Positions 10,111-19,991 of a stretch of 58,328 bases of DNA are shown here, piece by piece. The notes below the pieces were generated by a model. That model made no database searches and was not told the origin of the DNA. It saw only the letters and a list, made by a program, of their open reading frames with translations. This stretch comes from an uncultured delta proteobacterium (GTDB lineage: Bacteria > Desulfobacterota > Syntrophia > Syntrophales > UBA2192). The translations under genes and the position numbers were made by a program. Position 1 is the stretch's first letter. Every line of letters begins with the position of its first letter. The stretch is from NCBI GenBank assembly GCA_963705165.1, contig CAVPJD010000021.1, forward strand, positions 1-58,328, in the 5' to 3' direction.

Positions 10111-11718
10111 ATGATATTTTCGCATAGAAAACTGAACCGTAGTGACCTGTGGGTGGCTATCCTCCTCTCTCTCCTGGTTGTTGGTTGCGCGCTGTCTCAG
10201 GTCGTTTTTGGCGTAACAGGTGTTTTTCACGATGATGGGATATATGTCAGCACGGCCAAAGCCCTTGCCGAGGGAGAGGGCTATCGTTTAATCAACCTAC
10301 CCGACGCTCCCTTCCAGACGAAGTATCCTATTTTATACCCCGCATTTTTGGCTGCTATCTGGAAGCTTGGACTCTCATTTCCAACAAACATCATAATCAT
10401 GCAATTACTCAATATGCTGATCGGAGGAGCCAGCCTGGCAATATGTTACCTCTATCTGGTCAAATTCAATTATTTCGATCGAAAAATTGCATTTGCTGCA
10501 ATGCTTCTCTGCGCATGTTCGCATCTCTTCCTGTATTTTACGACAGTTATTTTGTCGGAAATGCTATTCCTGTTTCTAACAATAATTATGTTGTGGTCTT
10601 GTGAAGAAATAATCAAAGAACATTCCGTAAGCCCCAAACGATTATTCTTCACGGGAATCTTGATCGCCTTGCCCTTCTTGTGCCGAACGATAGGCATCAT
10701 CTATATCCCACTTGCCTTGTTCATCTGTCATTCGCAAAAATATCGCATTCGCTGGATTGTTGCGGGGCTCCTGAGCGTATTGTTGCCATATTTACTATTT
10801 GTTGTTTCTTTCTATAATGAGAGTGGAAATCCAGGGGTGATCTATTATACGGATTACGGTCGATGGTGGATGAAATACTTCTTTGAAAATGTATTCACTA
10901 TTGCCCAATTCAACATATTAGTGATTCCCTTCAGTGTGTTGATGATAGGTGCAGAAGGGATATGCACACCAGTTGTGAAGCAGTATGGCAATTCAGGAAT
11001 ATTATTTTTTCTATTGGGCGTCATACCTCTCGTTGGTATGATCGTCCACGACAGAAGAGGAATTCTACGGTATTGCGTTTTTGCTTATCTTGCCTTGATA
11101 TTGTTCTGGCCATGGCAGCCTCTTCGGTTCATTATTCCTGTTGCACCTTTTCTAATCGCCTACATGCTCCATACGATCCGATTTCTTGCCGCTAAATTTA
11201 TACCTGCAAATATTTGCGGATTTGCATCATTTATCTTCATAGCGATTATTATATCCGCTAATACATTTTTGCTTTATCAGCATTACGATCAGCAGCAAAC
11301 CAGTCGGTATCCTCGAGTCTCGCTCTCGCCACCTGAGCAGATTGTTCACTGGTCATCTTATGATAAAATGTTTCGATGGCTGCGCGCTCACAGTGAATCA
11401 AGCGATGTCATAGCCTGCGGATTGGACTCAATGGTCTATCTTTATACTGACCGTCGCGCATATCGGCCATTCATCGCAAATCCCATATCACTATTTTATG
11501 GTGGATCTGCTCCTCCTCTCGGTTCGATTGAAGATTTTATGGAATTGATGAAATTGAATTCCCCCAAATATTTAATCCAAGTTCCGCTACCAGATTTTGC
11601 AGAGGATAAACATTTTGATGCACTACTACAGAATATTCAGAAAAATTATCCAGACTTGCTAATTCCTGTATACGTTGGTGATGATTATCGCTTTATCATA
11701 TTTGAAATCCGACAATAA
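10111..11718 (+). CDS. Polytopic GT-C fold glycosyltransferase (ArnT/PMT-like)
   Basis: First-loop HDDGIY acidic motif, KYPILYP, ILSEMLF, RFIIP, many TM segments, soluble C-terminus. AT-rich. Confidence 0.75.
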   Translation: MIFSHRKLNRSDLWVAILLSLLVVGCALSQVVFGVTGVFHDDGIYVSTAKALAEGEGYRLINLPDAPFQTKYPILYPAFLAAIWKLGLSFPTNIIIMQLLNMLIGGASLAICYLYLVKFNYFDRKIAFAAMLLCACSHLFLYFTTVILSEMLFLFLTIIMLWSCEEIIKEHSVSPKRLFFTGILIALPFLCRTIGIIYIPLALFICHSQKYRIRWIVAGLLSVLLPYLLFVVSFYNESGNPGVIYYTDYGRWWMKYFFENVFTIAQFNILVIPFSVLMIGAEGICTPVVKQYGNSGILFFLLGVIPLVGMIVHDRRGILRYCVFAYLALILFWPWQPLRFIIPVAPFLIAYMLHTIRFLAAKFIPANICGFASFIFIAIIISANTFLLYQHYDQQQTSRYPRVSLSPPEQIVHWSSYDKMFRWLRAHSESSDVIACGLDSMVYLYTDRRAYRPFIANPISLFYGGSAPPLGSIEDFMELMKLNSPKYLIQVPLPDFAEDKHFDALLQNIQKNYPDLLIPVYVGDDYRFIIFEIRQ

Positions 11719-11744
11719 CATTTACATAGAAGAATAATATAAGG

Positions 11745-12942
11745 TGAATAAATCAAGATCTTCCCGGACAGTCAGTTCCTCTCCGGGATAAGGCGTTAAG
11801 CTGCTTCTTTCATGAGCCTCTGTTCTCTGACAAGCTTGCCGGCTTCGATGGTTTCAATGGGCCGTCTGCCCATGTTCCGGTAGCCCCGATGAGGCCTTTC
11901 GTAGTTGTAGTGCTCAAGCCACTTATCCAGGTCCGCCTGGAGCTCCTCCACCGAGGCGTAGAACTTCTCCCGGAAGGTCTCCCGGAAGAACTCGTCGAGG
12001 ACGGTCCGGTTGAATCGCTCCACGAAGCCGTTGGTCCGGGGCCGCGCCACCTTGGTCCGGCGGTGCTCGATATCGTTGAACTCCAAAAAGATCTGGTAAG
12101 GGTGGATCATCGGCCGGCCGCAGTACTCTCTGCCGTTGTCCGTCAGGATATGCTCGACGGGATCCCTTGAGCCTCGTAGAAGGGCAGCACACGGTCATAG
12201 AGCACATCGACGGCGGTCTCGGGCAGCTTCGAAGTGTAGAGCTTCCCGAAGGCAAAGGAGCCATAGGTATCGACGACAGCCTGCATGTAAATCCGACCAA
12301 TGCCTTTCAGGGTGCCCACCAGGAACGTATCCTGAGAGAGCAGATAGCCCGGATAGAGGCTCTCGACTTTGCGCTCCCGGAAGCAGGGATTGGCCTTCTC
12401 GAGAAGCCGGATCTGCTCCGCAGTGAGCTCAACGTCCTGGCCGTTCTTCTCCTCCTCGAGGCGAAGGAGCCGTTTGTGCTTGGTCTCCATCCCCTCCTTG
12501 AGCCAGAGGTTGCGGACCGTGCTGGGGCTCACCGTGATGCCCTCCAGGCGAAGCTGATCGGAGAGCCGTAAGGGCCCCCAAGCCGGATGCAGAAGCGACA
12601 GGGCAAGGATCTTCTCCCGGATCTCCGGGGGCGTTTCATTCGGGAAACTCTTGGGTATCGGCAGCCGGTCGATCAGCCCGTCCAGGCCCTGCTCTTGGAA
12701 GGCCCGCTTGTACTCGTAGAACTGGCTGCGGGATATCCCGTGACGGCGACAGGCCTCGGAGACGTTTCGAATCCTTTCGGCAACCTGTAGCAAAGTGAGG
12801 CGCTGATGTGCTATCTTCTTCTCGGCAGTCATGTTGTCCTCCTTGGTAAGTGTTTTTTGTGGTGAAAAACTCCTTATCCGAAGAGGAGGCTGACTGCCAC
12901 TTTTTTTAACTGAACCTGTTTGGGAAGATCCTAACTTTTACA
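11745..12942 (-). mobile_element. IS481-family insertion sequence
   Basis: Imperfect 27-bp terminal inverted repeats, 20/27 identical: TGAATAAATCAAGATCTTCCCGGACAG and reverse-strand TGTAAAAGTTAGGATCTTCCCAAACAG. GC-rich within AT-rich flanks. No clear target duplication. Confidence 0.85.
11796..12832 (-). pseudogene. IS481 DDE transposase with a 1-nt frameshift near 12160
   Basis: HTH NVSEACRRHGISRSQFY and core motifs SQDTF...LTDNGREYCG...TNGFVERFNRT...YNYERPH are split over two frames. Confidence 0.85.
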
Positions 12943-13142
12943 TCTAATACTATTTTTGTATACGAAATCATCCTCCCGTCGTATCGGAAAACGACGGTAT
13001 TGGGAGTATGCTCGAAATACAGACATTTGTCAGCCACACCACGGTGTAAAGTTATTAAACATATAAAACATATTACTTATAAAGTAAATGGGGAAAATAA
13101 AGAATGTTGATTATTCCCCCCATAATGTATATAAAATATTCT

Positions 13143-13334
13143 ATGCCTACACAGAAACCAATCATACCCGTTGCTATGGATGATGACATGGTAATGCGGA
13201 TTGACGATTACCGGCGAAGTGCGGAGGGGAATATCCCGTCGCGCTCAGAAGCAATCCGTCGTCTGATCAACGAAAGTCTTTCCCGGCATGAAAAGAAGCC
13301 CAAGAAGCCTGTTCCTCAAAAGACGACTGAATGA
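13143..13334 (+). CDS. Ribbon-helix-helix (CopG-like) DNA-binding protein
   Basis: IIPVAMDDDMVMRIDDYRR...PSRSEAIRRLINESL pattern. Confidence 0.75.
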   Translation: MPTQKPIIPVAMDDDMVMRIDDYRRSAEGNIPSRSEAIRRLINESLSRHEKKPKKPVPQKTTE

Positions 13335-13565
13335 AATTCTGGACGCAGCCATCTAGGACATATTGAAAAGTACAGAAAGGAACCCAGAGCATACGTCAAA
13401 AAGGCAAAAATTAAGGATATCAGATCATATTTTCTTACGCTTTTGTCTGCCCTGGTTCCCATGACATCCAGGGCTTTTTCACGTAAAGAGCTAGCTTCAC
13501 AAAGCGAAAGGAGTCCCGGGCAAAAATAATATTGTACGGAAGCATTTGATTAAGGATGGCATCTC

Positions 13566-14882
13566 ATGAGCAAAATCGTTGGGAGCGCATACAAAGAGCT
13601 CAAATCCCTTATTGCTAGCTACGTGAAGGCGAATCATCCCGTGTTGTTGTTGGGGGATACCGGTGCGGGAAAGGAACTGTTCGCAAAGCACTTTATGGAA
13701 CTAAGTAAGGGTAAGAAGATAAGAGAAGGTGCACAGCGAACTGTGAGCTGCGCGACATTCTCTGACAGTCTATTGAGTGATGAGATATTCGGTCATGAGA
13801 AAGGCGCCTTTACAGGTGCAGAATCTAAGAGGCTCGGATTATTACGAACATGTAATAAAGGAATACTGTTCCTTGATGAGTTGGATAAGGCGTCAAAGGA
13901 ATTTCAGCATGCTATATTGCGAGTTTCAGAGGGATACAGTTTTCGCCAGACAGGAAGTGATAATGAAATTACGGACAATGATACGTTGATTATTGCAGCG
14001 GCGAGCCGATTATCTGACATAGAGGATCAACTGGTGAATCGGTTTCATGTCCTGGCCGTACCCCCCCTGCAGGAATTCGATATACCGGATTTGGCGGAGC
14101 ACTTTCTGGGAAAGCCCATAAAAGATGAGGTGTACGCTCAATTAGGGTATCGTAAATACCCGGGCAACGTCCGGGAGCTAAAAAAACTTTGTGAAAGACT
14201 GGCAATCGAAAGGGGCACGACTCTCTTCAGCGGTTCAAAAAGACGACGCCTCCTTGAGGATCATCCATTCGACTATAAGCGATTCAGTGAAGAATTCCTG
14301 CACTGGCACGAATATCTTTCCCCTATCATCGATCAGTTTCATCTCGATATCCGGTATGAATATCAGCAAGGTTCTGTGGATCATGCGCTGCCCTCTCTGA
14401 ATGATACCATCAGCTTGATGATATCGTTGCGATATGGGTCCAAAGAAATTGGAGTTGTCGAAGCATTCGATCGTGCCCTGCACTCTCACATCAAAAATCT
14501 GGAATTACCGATTCTCCTGAACGCGATTTACACAAAATGTAAGGCACCGATGCCAGCAAGAGGCTCGGCAAATATAACGCTTTCGATGCTTGTTATGCAG
14601 GGCCATGGTCACCAAGGAATCCATGCTGATGAATTGCCGGCTAAGGAGAATGATGAACAGCCAAGTCAGCTTCAGGAGTTGTTCAGACTGCCCTTTGGCG
14701 AAGCCCGGAAGAAATTCAGCAAGATGTATCTGGAAAATATTTTTCATAAATATGGTCATGACCTGACCAGAGCGGCCAGTATGACGATGTTGACTATAAA
14801 AGGACTCAAGAGTGCGATGAAAAGGTATGGTATAAAAAAACACACAATTGAGAAGCCTCAGAATGAATCACCGCTAATTTAA
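13566..14882 (+). CDS. Sigma-54 enhancer-binding protein lacking an N-terminal sensor domain
   Basis: GDTGAGKE, FGHEKGAFTGA, LFLDEL, YPGNVREL and a Fis-like HTH at the C-terminus. Confidence 0.85.
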   Translation: MSKIVGSAYKELKSLIASYVKANHPVLLLGDTGAGKELFAKHFMELSKGKKIREGAQRTVSCATFSDSLLSDEIFGHEKGAFTGAESKRLGLLRTCNKGILFLDELDKASKEFQHAILRVSEGYSFRQTGSDNEITDNDTLIIAAASRLSDIEDQLVNRFHVLAVPPLQEFDIPDLAEHFLGKPIKDEVYAQLGYRKYPGNVRELKKLCERLAIERGTTLFSGSKRRRLLEDHPFDYKRFSEEFLHWHEYLSPIIDQFHLDIRYEYQQGSVDHALPSLNDTISLMISLRYGSKEIGVVEAFDRALHSHIKNLELPILLNAIYTKCKAPMPARGSANITLSMLVMQGHGHQGIHADELPAKENDEQPSQLQELFRLPFGEARKKFSKMYLENIFHKYGHDLTRAASMTMLTIKGLKSAMKRYGIKKHTIEKPQNESPLI

Positions 14883-14990
14883 TCCCTCCCTAAAACAGTG
14901 ATTTCCTGCCTTCACTTTGAAGCAAGAACTTTCATCAATCGTATATCTTGTATTTTCATGTAGTTGTAATCGCCTACTTTTTACTGCCCA

Positions 14991-15009
14991 GTGCTTCATT
15001 GTGAAGCAC
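14991..15009. promoter_or_regulatory. Perfect inverted repeat GTGCTTCA-N3-TGAAGCAC, candidate regulator site
   Basis: Seen directly. A degenerate copy CTTCA-CTT-TGAAGCA lies at 14910-14924. Confidence 0.5.
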
Positions 15010-15187
15010 GAGGGCTGCAATGCAATAAATGCAATTAAATAGATTACTTGGCATTTTGGTATGCAGATCGCAACGGAGACAACACAAAGTCCATTGGAGG
15101 CTGAATGCAGGTCAATAGGCAGTACAAACGGAATGGATCAACAGATAACACGACAACAACCAAAAATGAACAACGAGGTGACAAAAG

Positions 15188-15607
15188 ATGACAAATCAGG
15201 ACATTTCCGATACAGAGAACCTTTCGGAGAAGCAATTGAATGCGATTCTTCATATTATCGCCTCGCGCACGATGGTGGAGGCTGCCGAAAAAAGCGGGAC
15301 ATCCAGGAACGCTTTATACGAATGGATGAAGAACCCGGCTTTCAAACTCGAGCTGCAGCGGCAGAGGGATATAGTTGTCGAAGGGGCTCTGGGACGATTG
15401 GAGTTGAATGTCGTCAAGGCGGTAGACAATCTTACTGCACTGCTGGATAACCCTAATGTATATTACAAAAGGAATGTTGCGCTCGATATTATCGCACATG
15501 TAGTGAAAGGCCGCGAGCGATCGAAAATTGAGCAGCTTGAAAGAAAAGTATCAGACCTCGAAAAAAAGCTTTCTGACCGCGCGGGAGATCAATCCAAGGT
15601 CAAATAG
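15188..15607 (+). CDS. Phage/island-type HTH protein (phBC6A51-like, resembles small terminase subunits)
   Basis: SD GAGGTG. LSEKQLNAI...EAAEKSGTSRNALYEWMKNPAF HTH followed by a helical/coiled-coil tail. Confidence 0.65.
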   Translation: MTNQDISDTENLSEKQLNAILHIIASRTMVEAAEKSGTSRNALYEWMKNPAFKLELQRQRDIVVEGALGRLELNVVKAVDNLTALLDNPNVYYKRNVALDIIAHVVKGRERSKIEQLERKVSDLEKKLSDRAGDQSKVK

Positions 15608-15689
15608 GAGTGGGGCGGTGGCTCATTGATATGAATAAGTGAGAGCGATGAGCATTCTTATATTCTTTTGAAAGGCTGGCTTCTTCCGG

Positions 15690-15968
15690 TTGGATGTAGA
15701 GGGGAAGAAGATCCCTACCCGGCTCTTCCATGATTTCAGGAGAACAGCGGTTCGGAATATGGTCCGAGCTGGGATTCCTGAGCGAATGGTCATGATGATC
15801 ACTGGTCACAAGACGAGAAGTGTCTTCGACCGTTACAACATCGTGAGCGATACGGACTTAAGGCTCGCCGCAGCCAGGCAAGAATCCTATCTTCAGACTC
15901 AGACGGGCACACTTTCGGGCACAATTATTGATTTCAGAGGGAATTTCCAAGTTGAAGGTGCGAGATGA
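15690..15968 (+). pseudogene. C-terminal remnant of a tyrosine integrase
   Basis: HDFRRT (H-x-x-R) and [12 protein letters not shown] (H...Y) catalytic boxes. N-terminal part absent. Confidence 0.85.
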
Positions 15969-15970
15969 TC

Positions 15971-15999
15971 TTGACAATCCATAGTGAGTTCGATATCTT
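15971..15999 (+). promoter_or_regulatory. Sigma-70 promoter of selC
   Basis: TTGACA-17 bp-TATCTT, 9 nt upstream of the tRNA. Confidence 0.7.
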
Positions 16000-16008
16000 A
16001 TCGAGGAC

Positions 16009-16106
16009 GGAAGTGCGCAGGTCACTGGTGGGCCTCCTGGACTTCAAATCCAGTGTGGGGGGCTGATACCCTCCCAGGTGGGTTCGATTCCCATGCACTT
16101 CCGCCA
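16009..16106 (+). tRNA. selC: tRNA-Sec (anticodon TCA)
   Basis: 8-bp acceptor stem GGAAGTGC/GCACTTCC, anticodon arm CTGGA-CTTCAAA-TCCAG, long variable arm, GGTTCGATTCC T loop, G-CCA end. Confidence 0.97.
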
Positions 16107-16184
16107 ATTTATCAAAAATAATGCTCCGGTTTTCGGCCGGAGCATTCCTATGTTGGAGCCATCATCTTTACTCTCGAGGTAACC

Positions 16185-18491
16185 ATGCAGGATTCCCACG
16201 TTGCAAAGATCGCAGTTGAACTGAGCCTGACTTCCGGCCAGGTCAAGGCCGTTGCCGGCCTTCTCGACGAGGGGGGCACGGTCCCCTTCATCGCCCGCTA
16301 TCGAAAAGAGGCCACGGGCACCCTCGACGAGGTGGCCATCACCTCGATCCGGGACCGCCTGGAGCAGCTTGCCGAGCTCGACAAGCGCCGCGAGGCCATC
16401 GTCAAGTCCCTGAGCGAGCGCCAGCTCCTGACGGAAGAACTGGAGGCGAAGATTCACGCCGCCGAAACGATGGCCGTGCTCGAGGACATCTATCTGCCCT
16501 TCCGGCCCAAGCGCCGCACGCGGGCCACCATCGCCAGAGAAAAGGGCCTCGAGCCCCTGGCCGTCCTTCTCTTTGCCCAGGACGAAAATACGGACCCCGC
16601 CGCCGCGGCCGCCGGCTTCGTCGATGCCGAGAAGGGCGTCGAGACCGCCGAGGATGCCCTGGCCGGCGCCCGGGACATCATTGCCGAGTGGGTCAACGAA
16701 AACCAGGAAGCCCGGGCGAAGATGCGCGATCTCTTCGCCGCAAAGGGCGTGTTCAAATCGAAAGTCATCGCCGACAAGGAGGCCGAGGGGGCGAAGTTCC
16801 GCGACTACTTCGAGTGGGAGGAGCCCGTCGCCACGGCGCCATCCCACCGGGTGCTCGCCATGCGGCGCGGGGAAAACGAGAAGATCCTCACCCTGCTCAT
16901 CGCGCCGCCGGAAGAAAATGCCCTCAGGCTCCTCGAAGCGCAGTTCATCCAGGGGAAGGGCCCTGCCTCCGAGCAGGTCCGGGAAGCCGTCCACGACAGC
17001 TACAAGCGCCTGCTGTGCTGGTCCATGGAGACGGAGACCCGTCTCGAAACAAAGAAGCGCGCCGACGAGGCGGCCATCCGGGTCTTTACCGACAACCTGC
17101 GTCAGCTGCTGCTGGCGCCCCCGCTGGGGCAAAAGAACGTCCTGGCCATCGACCCCGGCTTCCGCACGGGCTGCAAGGTGGTGTGCCTTGACCGGCAGGG
17201 CAAGCTCCTGCACAACGACACGATCTTTCCCCACTTCTCCGAGGAGGGAAAGGTCAAGGCCGCCGAGACGCTTCGCCTTCTCGCCGAGCGTTTTCACGTC
17301 GAGGCCGTCGCCGTGGGCAACGGCACGGCGGGCCGCGAGACGGAGGCCTTCGTCCGGGCACTCGGCCTTCAGAACCTCCAGGTCATTATGGTCAACGAGA
17401 GCGGGGCCTCGGTCTACTCCGCCTCGCAGGTCGCCCGCGACGAGTTCCCGGATCATGACGTGACGGTGCGCGGCTCCGTCTCGATCGGCCGCAGGCTCGT
17501 GGACCCGCTGGCCGAGCTCGTCAAGATCGACCCCAAGGCGATCGGCGTGGGGCAGTACCAGCACGACGTCGACCAGGGGGCCCTCAAGCGAAGTCTCGAC
17601 GACGTCGTGTCGAGTTGCGTCAACGCCGTGGGCGTCGAGGTCAACACGGCAAGCTCCCAGCTTTTGACTTATGTCTCCGGCCTGGGTCCCCAGCTTGCCT
17701 CAAACATCGTGGCCTTCCGCAACGAGCACGGCCCCTTTGCCGCAAGAGAAAACCTCCGGAAGGTCCCGCGCCTGGGACCCAAGGCCTTCGAGCAGGCTGC
17801 GGGCTTTCTGCGCATCCGCGACGGGGCAAACCCGCTTGACTCAAGCGCCGTCCACCCCGAGAGCTATCGCGTCGTCGAGGCGATGGCCAAAGACCTCTCC
17901 TGTTCCGTCATCGAGCTGATGAAGGACGAGTCGAAGCGGAAGGTCATCGACATCGCAAAATACGTGACGGAGAAGGTGGGCATTCCCACGCTGAAGGACA
18001 TCATGGACGAGCTGGCCAAGCCCGGCCGCGACCCCCGCGAGAAGTTCGAGTCCGTCACTTTCACCGATGGCATCGAGAAGCTCGACGATCTGAGGCCCGG
18101 GATGAAGCTGCCCGGTGTGGTGACCAACGTGACGGCCTTCGGGGCCTTCGTCGATATCGGCGTCCACCAGGACGGCCTCGTCCACATCAGCCAGCTTGCC
18201 GACCGCTACGTCTCCGACCCCAACCAGGTCGTGAAGGTCGCCCAGCGCGTCGAGGTGACCGTCCTCGAGGTGGACCTGGATCGCAAGCGCATTTCGCTGT
18301 CCATGAAGGAAGGCGCAACGGGGGAGAGGAAGGAAACGGCGGCCAAACCCCCGGCGGCAAAGGGCCCCCAGGGTCCTCGCAGGCCGGATAAATCTCGGCA
18401 GGACAGGCAAAAGCAGGACAACAAGAAGCCCGACCCAGCCCCCTTCAACAACCCCTTCGCCCGGGCCTTCGAGAAGGGCAAGCCGAAATAA
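16185..18491 (+). CDS. tex: Tex family RNA-binding transcriptional accessory protein
   Basis: TVPFIARYRKEATG, AIDPGFRTGCK, VNESGASVYSAS, IGVGQYQHDV, C-terminal S1 domain. Confidence 0.96.
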   Translation: MQDSHVAKIAVELSLTSGQVKAVAGLLDEGGTVPFIARYRKEATGTLDEVAITSIRDRLEQLAELDKRREAIVKSLSERQLLTEELEAKIHAAETMAVLEDIYLPFRPKRRTRATIAREKGLEPLAVLLFAQDENTDPAAAAAGFVDAEKGVETAEDALAGARDIIAEWVNENQEARAKMRDLFAAKGVFKSKVIADKEAEGAKFRDYFEWEEPVATAPSHRVLAMRRGENEKILTLLIAPPEENALRLLEAQFIQGKGPASEQVREAVHDSYKRLLCWSMETETRLETKKRADEAAIRVFTDNLRQLLLAPPLGQKNVLAIDPGFRTGCKVVCLDRQGKLLHNDTIFPHFSEEGKVKAAETLRLLAERFHVEAVAVGNGTAGRETEAFVRALGLQNLQVIMVNESGASVYSASQVARDEFPDHDVTVRGSVSIGRRLVDPLAELVKIDPKAIGVGQYQHDVDQGALKRSLDDVVSSCVNAVGVEVNTASSQLLTYVSGLGPQLASNIVAFRNEHGPFAARENLRKVPRLGPKAFEQAAGFLRIRDGANPLDSSAVHPESYRVVEAMAKDLSCSVIELMKDESKRKVIDIAKYVTEKVGIPTLKDIMDELAKPGRDPREKFESVTFTDGIEKLDDLRPGMKLPGVVTNVTAFGAFVDIGVHQDGLVHISQLADRYVSDPNQVVKVAQRVEVTVLEVDLDRKRISLSMKEGATGERKETAAKPPAAKGPQGPRRPDKSRQDRQKQDNKKPDPAPFNNPFARAFEKGKPK

Positions 18492-18522
18492 GTCGCCGCC
18501 CGTCCGCAAGCCCGGCCGGGCC

Positions 18523-18612
18523 CTACAGCTTCAGGTTGCAGTAGGCCAAGCCGTTGGTGGTGCCCAGCCAAATGCGGTAGTTGTTGTTGCCGTGGCTCAC
18601 GATCTCGATGGC
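18523..18612 (-). pseudogene. C-terminal fragment of a beta-propeller protein
   Basis: Reverse translation AIEIVSHGNNNYRIWLGTTNGLAYCNLKL*. IWLGTxNGL is a Reg_prop-like blade motif. No start codon. Confidence 0.45.
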
Positions 18613-18742
18613 CGTATGGGACCGTCGGGATCGCGTGCCTTTACCCTTTGACACACTGGACGCGATCGCCTATGATTCGGCTTGACTTCAGCCGCAAGCC
18701 CTGCCGGGTGCAGGGCCGGCAAGGGGGCTGTCAGGTCGGACG

Positions 18743-19606
18743 ATGATAAGGGTTTACAAGGCACTTGGGGCATTCGGCCGGCTCGCCGGCTTTCTCATGC
18801 GTGTGCTGGGCCGCTTCAGGCAGAACCAGGGTCTGATCCTGGCCGGGGCCATCGCCTTCTATACCCTGCTGTCCATCATCCCCATGCTGATCCTCATCCT
18901 GATCGTTCTTTCGCATTTCATGGACCCGGAGCATCTCATCGGGACCATGTCGACCTTCCTGGAACTCGCCATGCCGGGCTATGCGGCCGCCCTGACCGAG
19001 CAGGTCCGGGTGTTTATCCAGTACCGAGGCCTGATCGGCACGGTGGGCATCCTGATCCTGCTGTTCTTTAGCTCCATCGCCTTCACGGTCCTGGAGAACG
19101 CCATCTCGGTGATCTTTCACCGCGTGAGGGCCCGGCGCCGACACTTCCTGATCTCGAGCATCATCCCCTACCTGTTCATCCTGCTCATCACCCTGGGCGT
19201 TCTGACCCTGTCGGTCATCGTGGCAGCCCTGGAGCCGTTGGAAAGCACGAGGCTGGTGGTGTTGGGCCACAAGTTCGGCCTGGGTTTCATCTTCGGCGTG
19301 GCGGTCTGGGTGCTGGGGCTCATCGCGGAGGTGCTCCTGATTACGGCATTCTACATGGTCCTGCCCGTGGGGCCCACCACTTTCCGGCACGCGCTCATCG
19401 GGGGGCTGGCCGCCACGATCCTGTGGGAAATCACCCGCCGCGTGATCGTCTGGTACTACAAGACGTATACCTTCGTGAACCTGATCTACGGCTCCTTTGC
19501 CTCGGTGGTGGTGTTCCTGCTCGGCGTCGAGGCCGTGGCGCTCATCGTCCTGCTGGGGGCCCAGGTCATCGCGGAGCTCGAGCACGTAAACGAAAAAATA
19601 CGTTAG
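18743..19606 (+). CDS. YihY/BrkB family membrane protein
   Basis: AGAIAFYTLLSIIP, YGSFASVVVFL, LLGAQV. Confidence 0.9.
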   Translation: MIRVYKALGAFGRLAGFLMRVLGRFRQNQGLILAGAIAFYTLLSIIPMLILILIVLSHFMDPEHLIGTMSTFLELAMPGYAAALTEQVRVFIQYRGLIGTVGILILLFFSSIAFTVLENAISVIFHRVRARRRHFLISSIIPYLFILLITLGVLTLSVIVAALEPLESTRLVVLGHKFGLGFIFGVAVWVLGLIAEVLLITAFYMVLPVGPTTFRHALIGGLAATILWEITRRVIVWYYKTYTFVNLIYGSFASVVVFLLGVEAVALIVLLGAQVIAELEHVNEKIR

Positions 19607-19622
19607 GCATCGCTTCCCCGTA

Positions 19623-19991
19623 TTATCTGGCCGCGGCCGCCCTGTTTCGCTCCCGCTTCTCCTGGCAGTCAACACACAGAAGTGCCGTAGGCTCGGCTAG
19701 GAGACGCTTTCCCGAGATCTCGCCGTCGCAGGAGAGGCAGATGCCGTAGCTTCCCTGCTCCATCCGGTCCAGGGCCAGGGCCAGCTTCTGGATCTCCACG
19801 TTTTCCCTCGCCCGGAAGAGGCGCGAGAGATCCCGCTCGCGCTGCTGGGCCGCCTGGTCCACCGGGTCGGCAAGCCTTTCCTCCACATCCGTTTCTTCGG
19901 GGGCGTGTCCCGCCTGGCGGCTCACCTCGGCGAGCCTCTTCAAGATAAGCGTTCTCATGGTTTGACGTTTCTTGTTGTCCATCATTTCCAC
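19623..19991 (-). CDS. TraR/DksA family C4 zinc-finger protein
   Basis: ADPVDQA coiled-coil tip and GSYGICLSC...RLLAEPTALLCVDC. Confidence 0.9.
   Translation of the reverse strand: MEMMDNKKRQTMRTLILKRLAEVSRQAGHAPEETDVEERLADPVDQAAQQRERDLSRLFRARENVEIQKLALALDRMEQGSYGICLSCDGEISGKRLLAEPTALLCVDCQEKRERNRAAAAR

Noticed and set aside
16009..18491. Selenoprotein genes or selAB next to selC
   Set aside because: No selA, selB or selD, and I noticed no in-frame TGA read-through candidates in the window.
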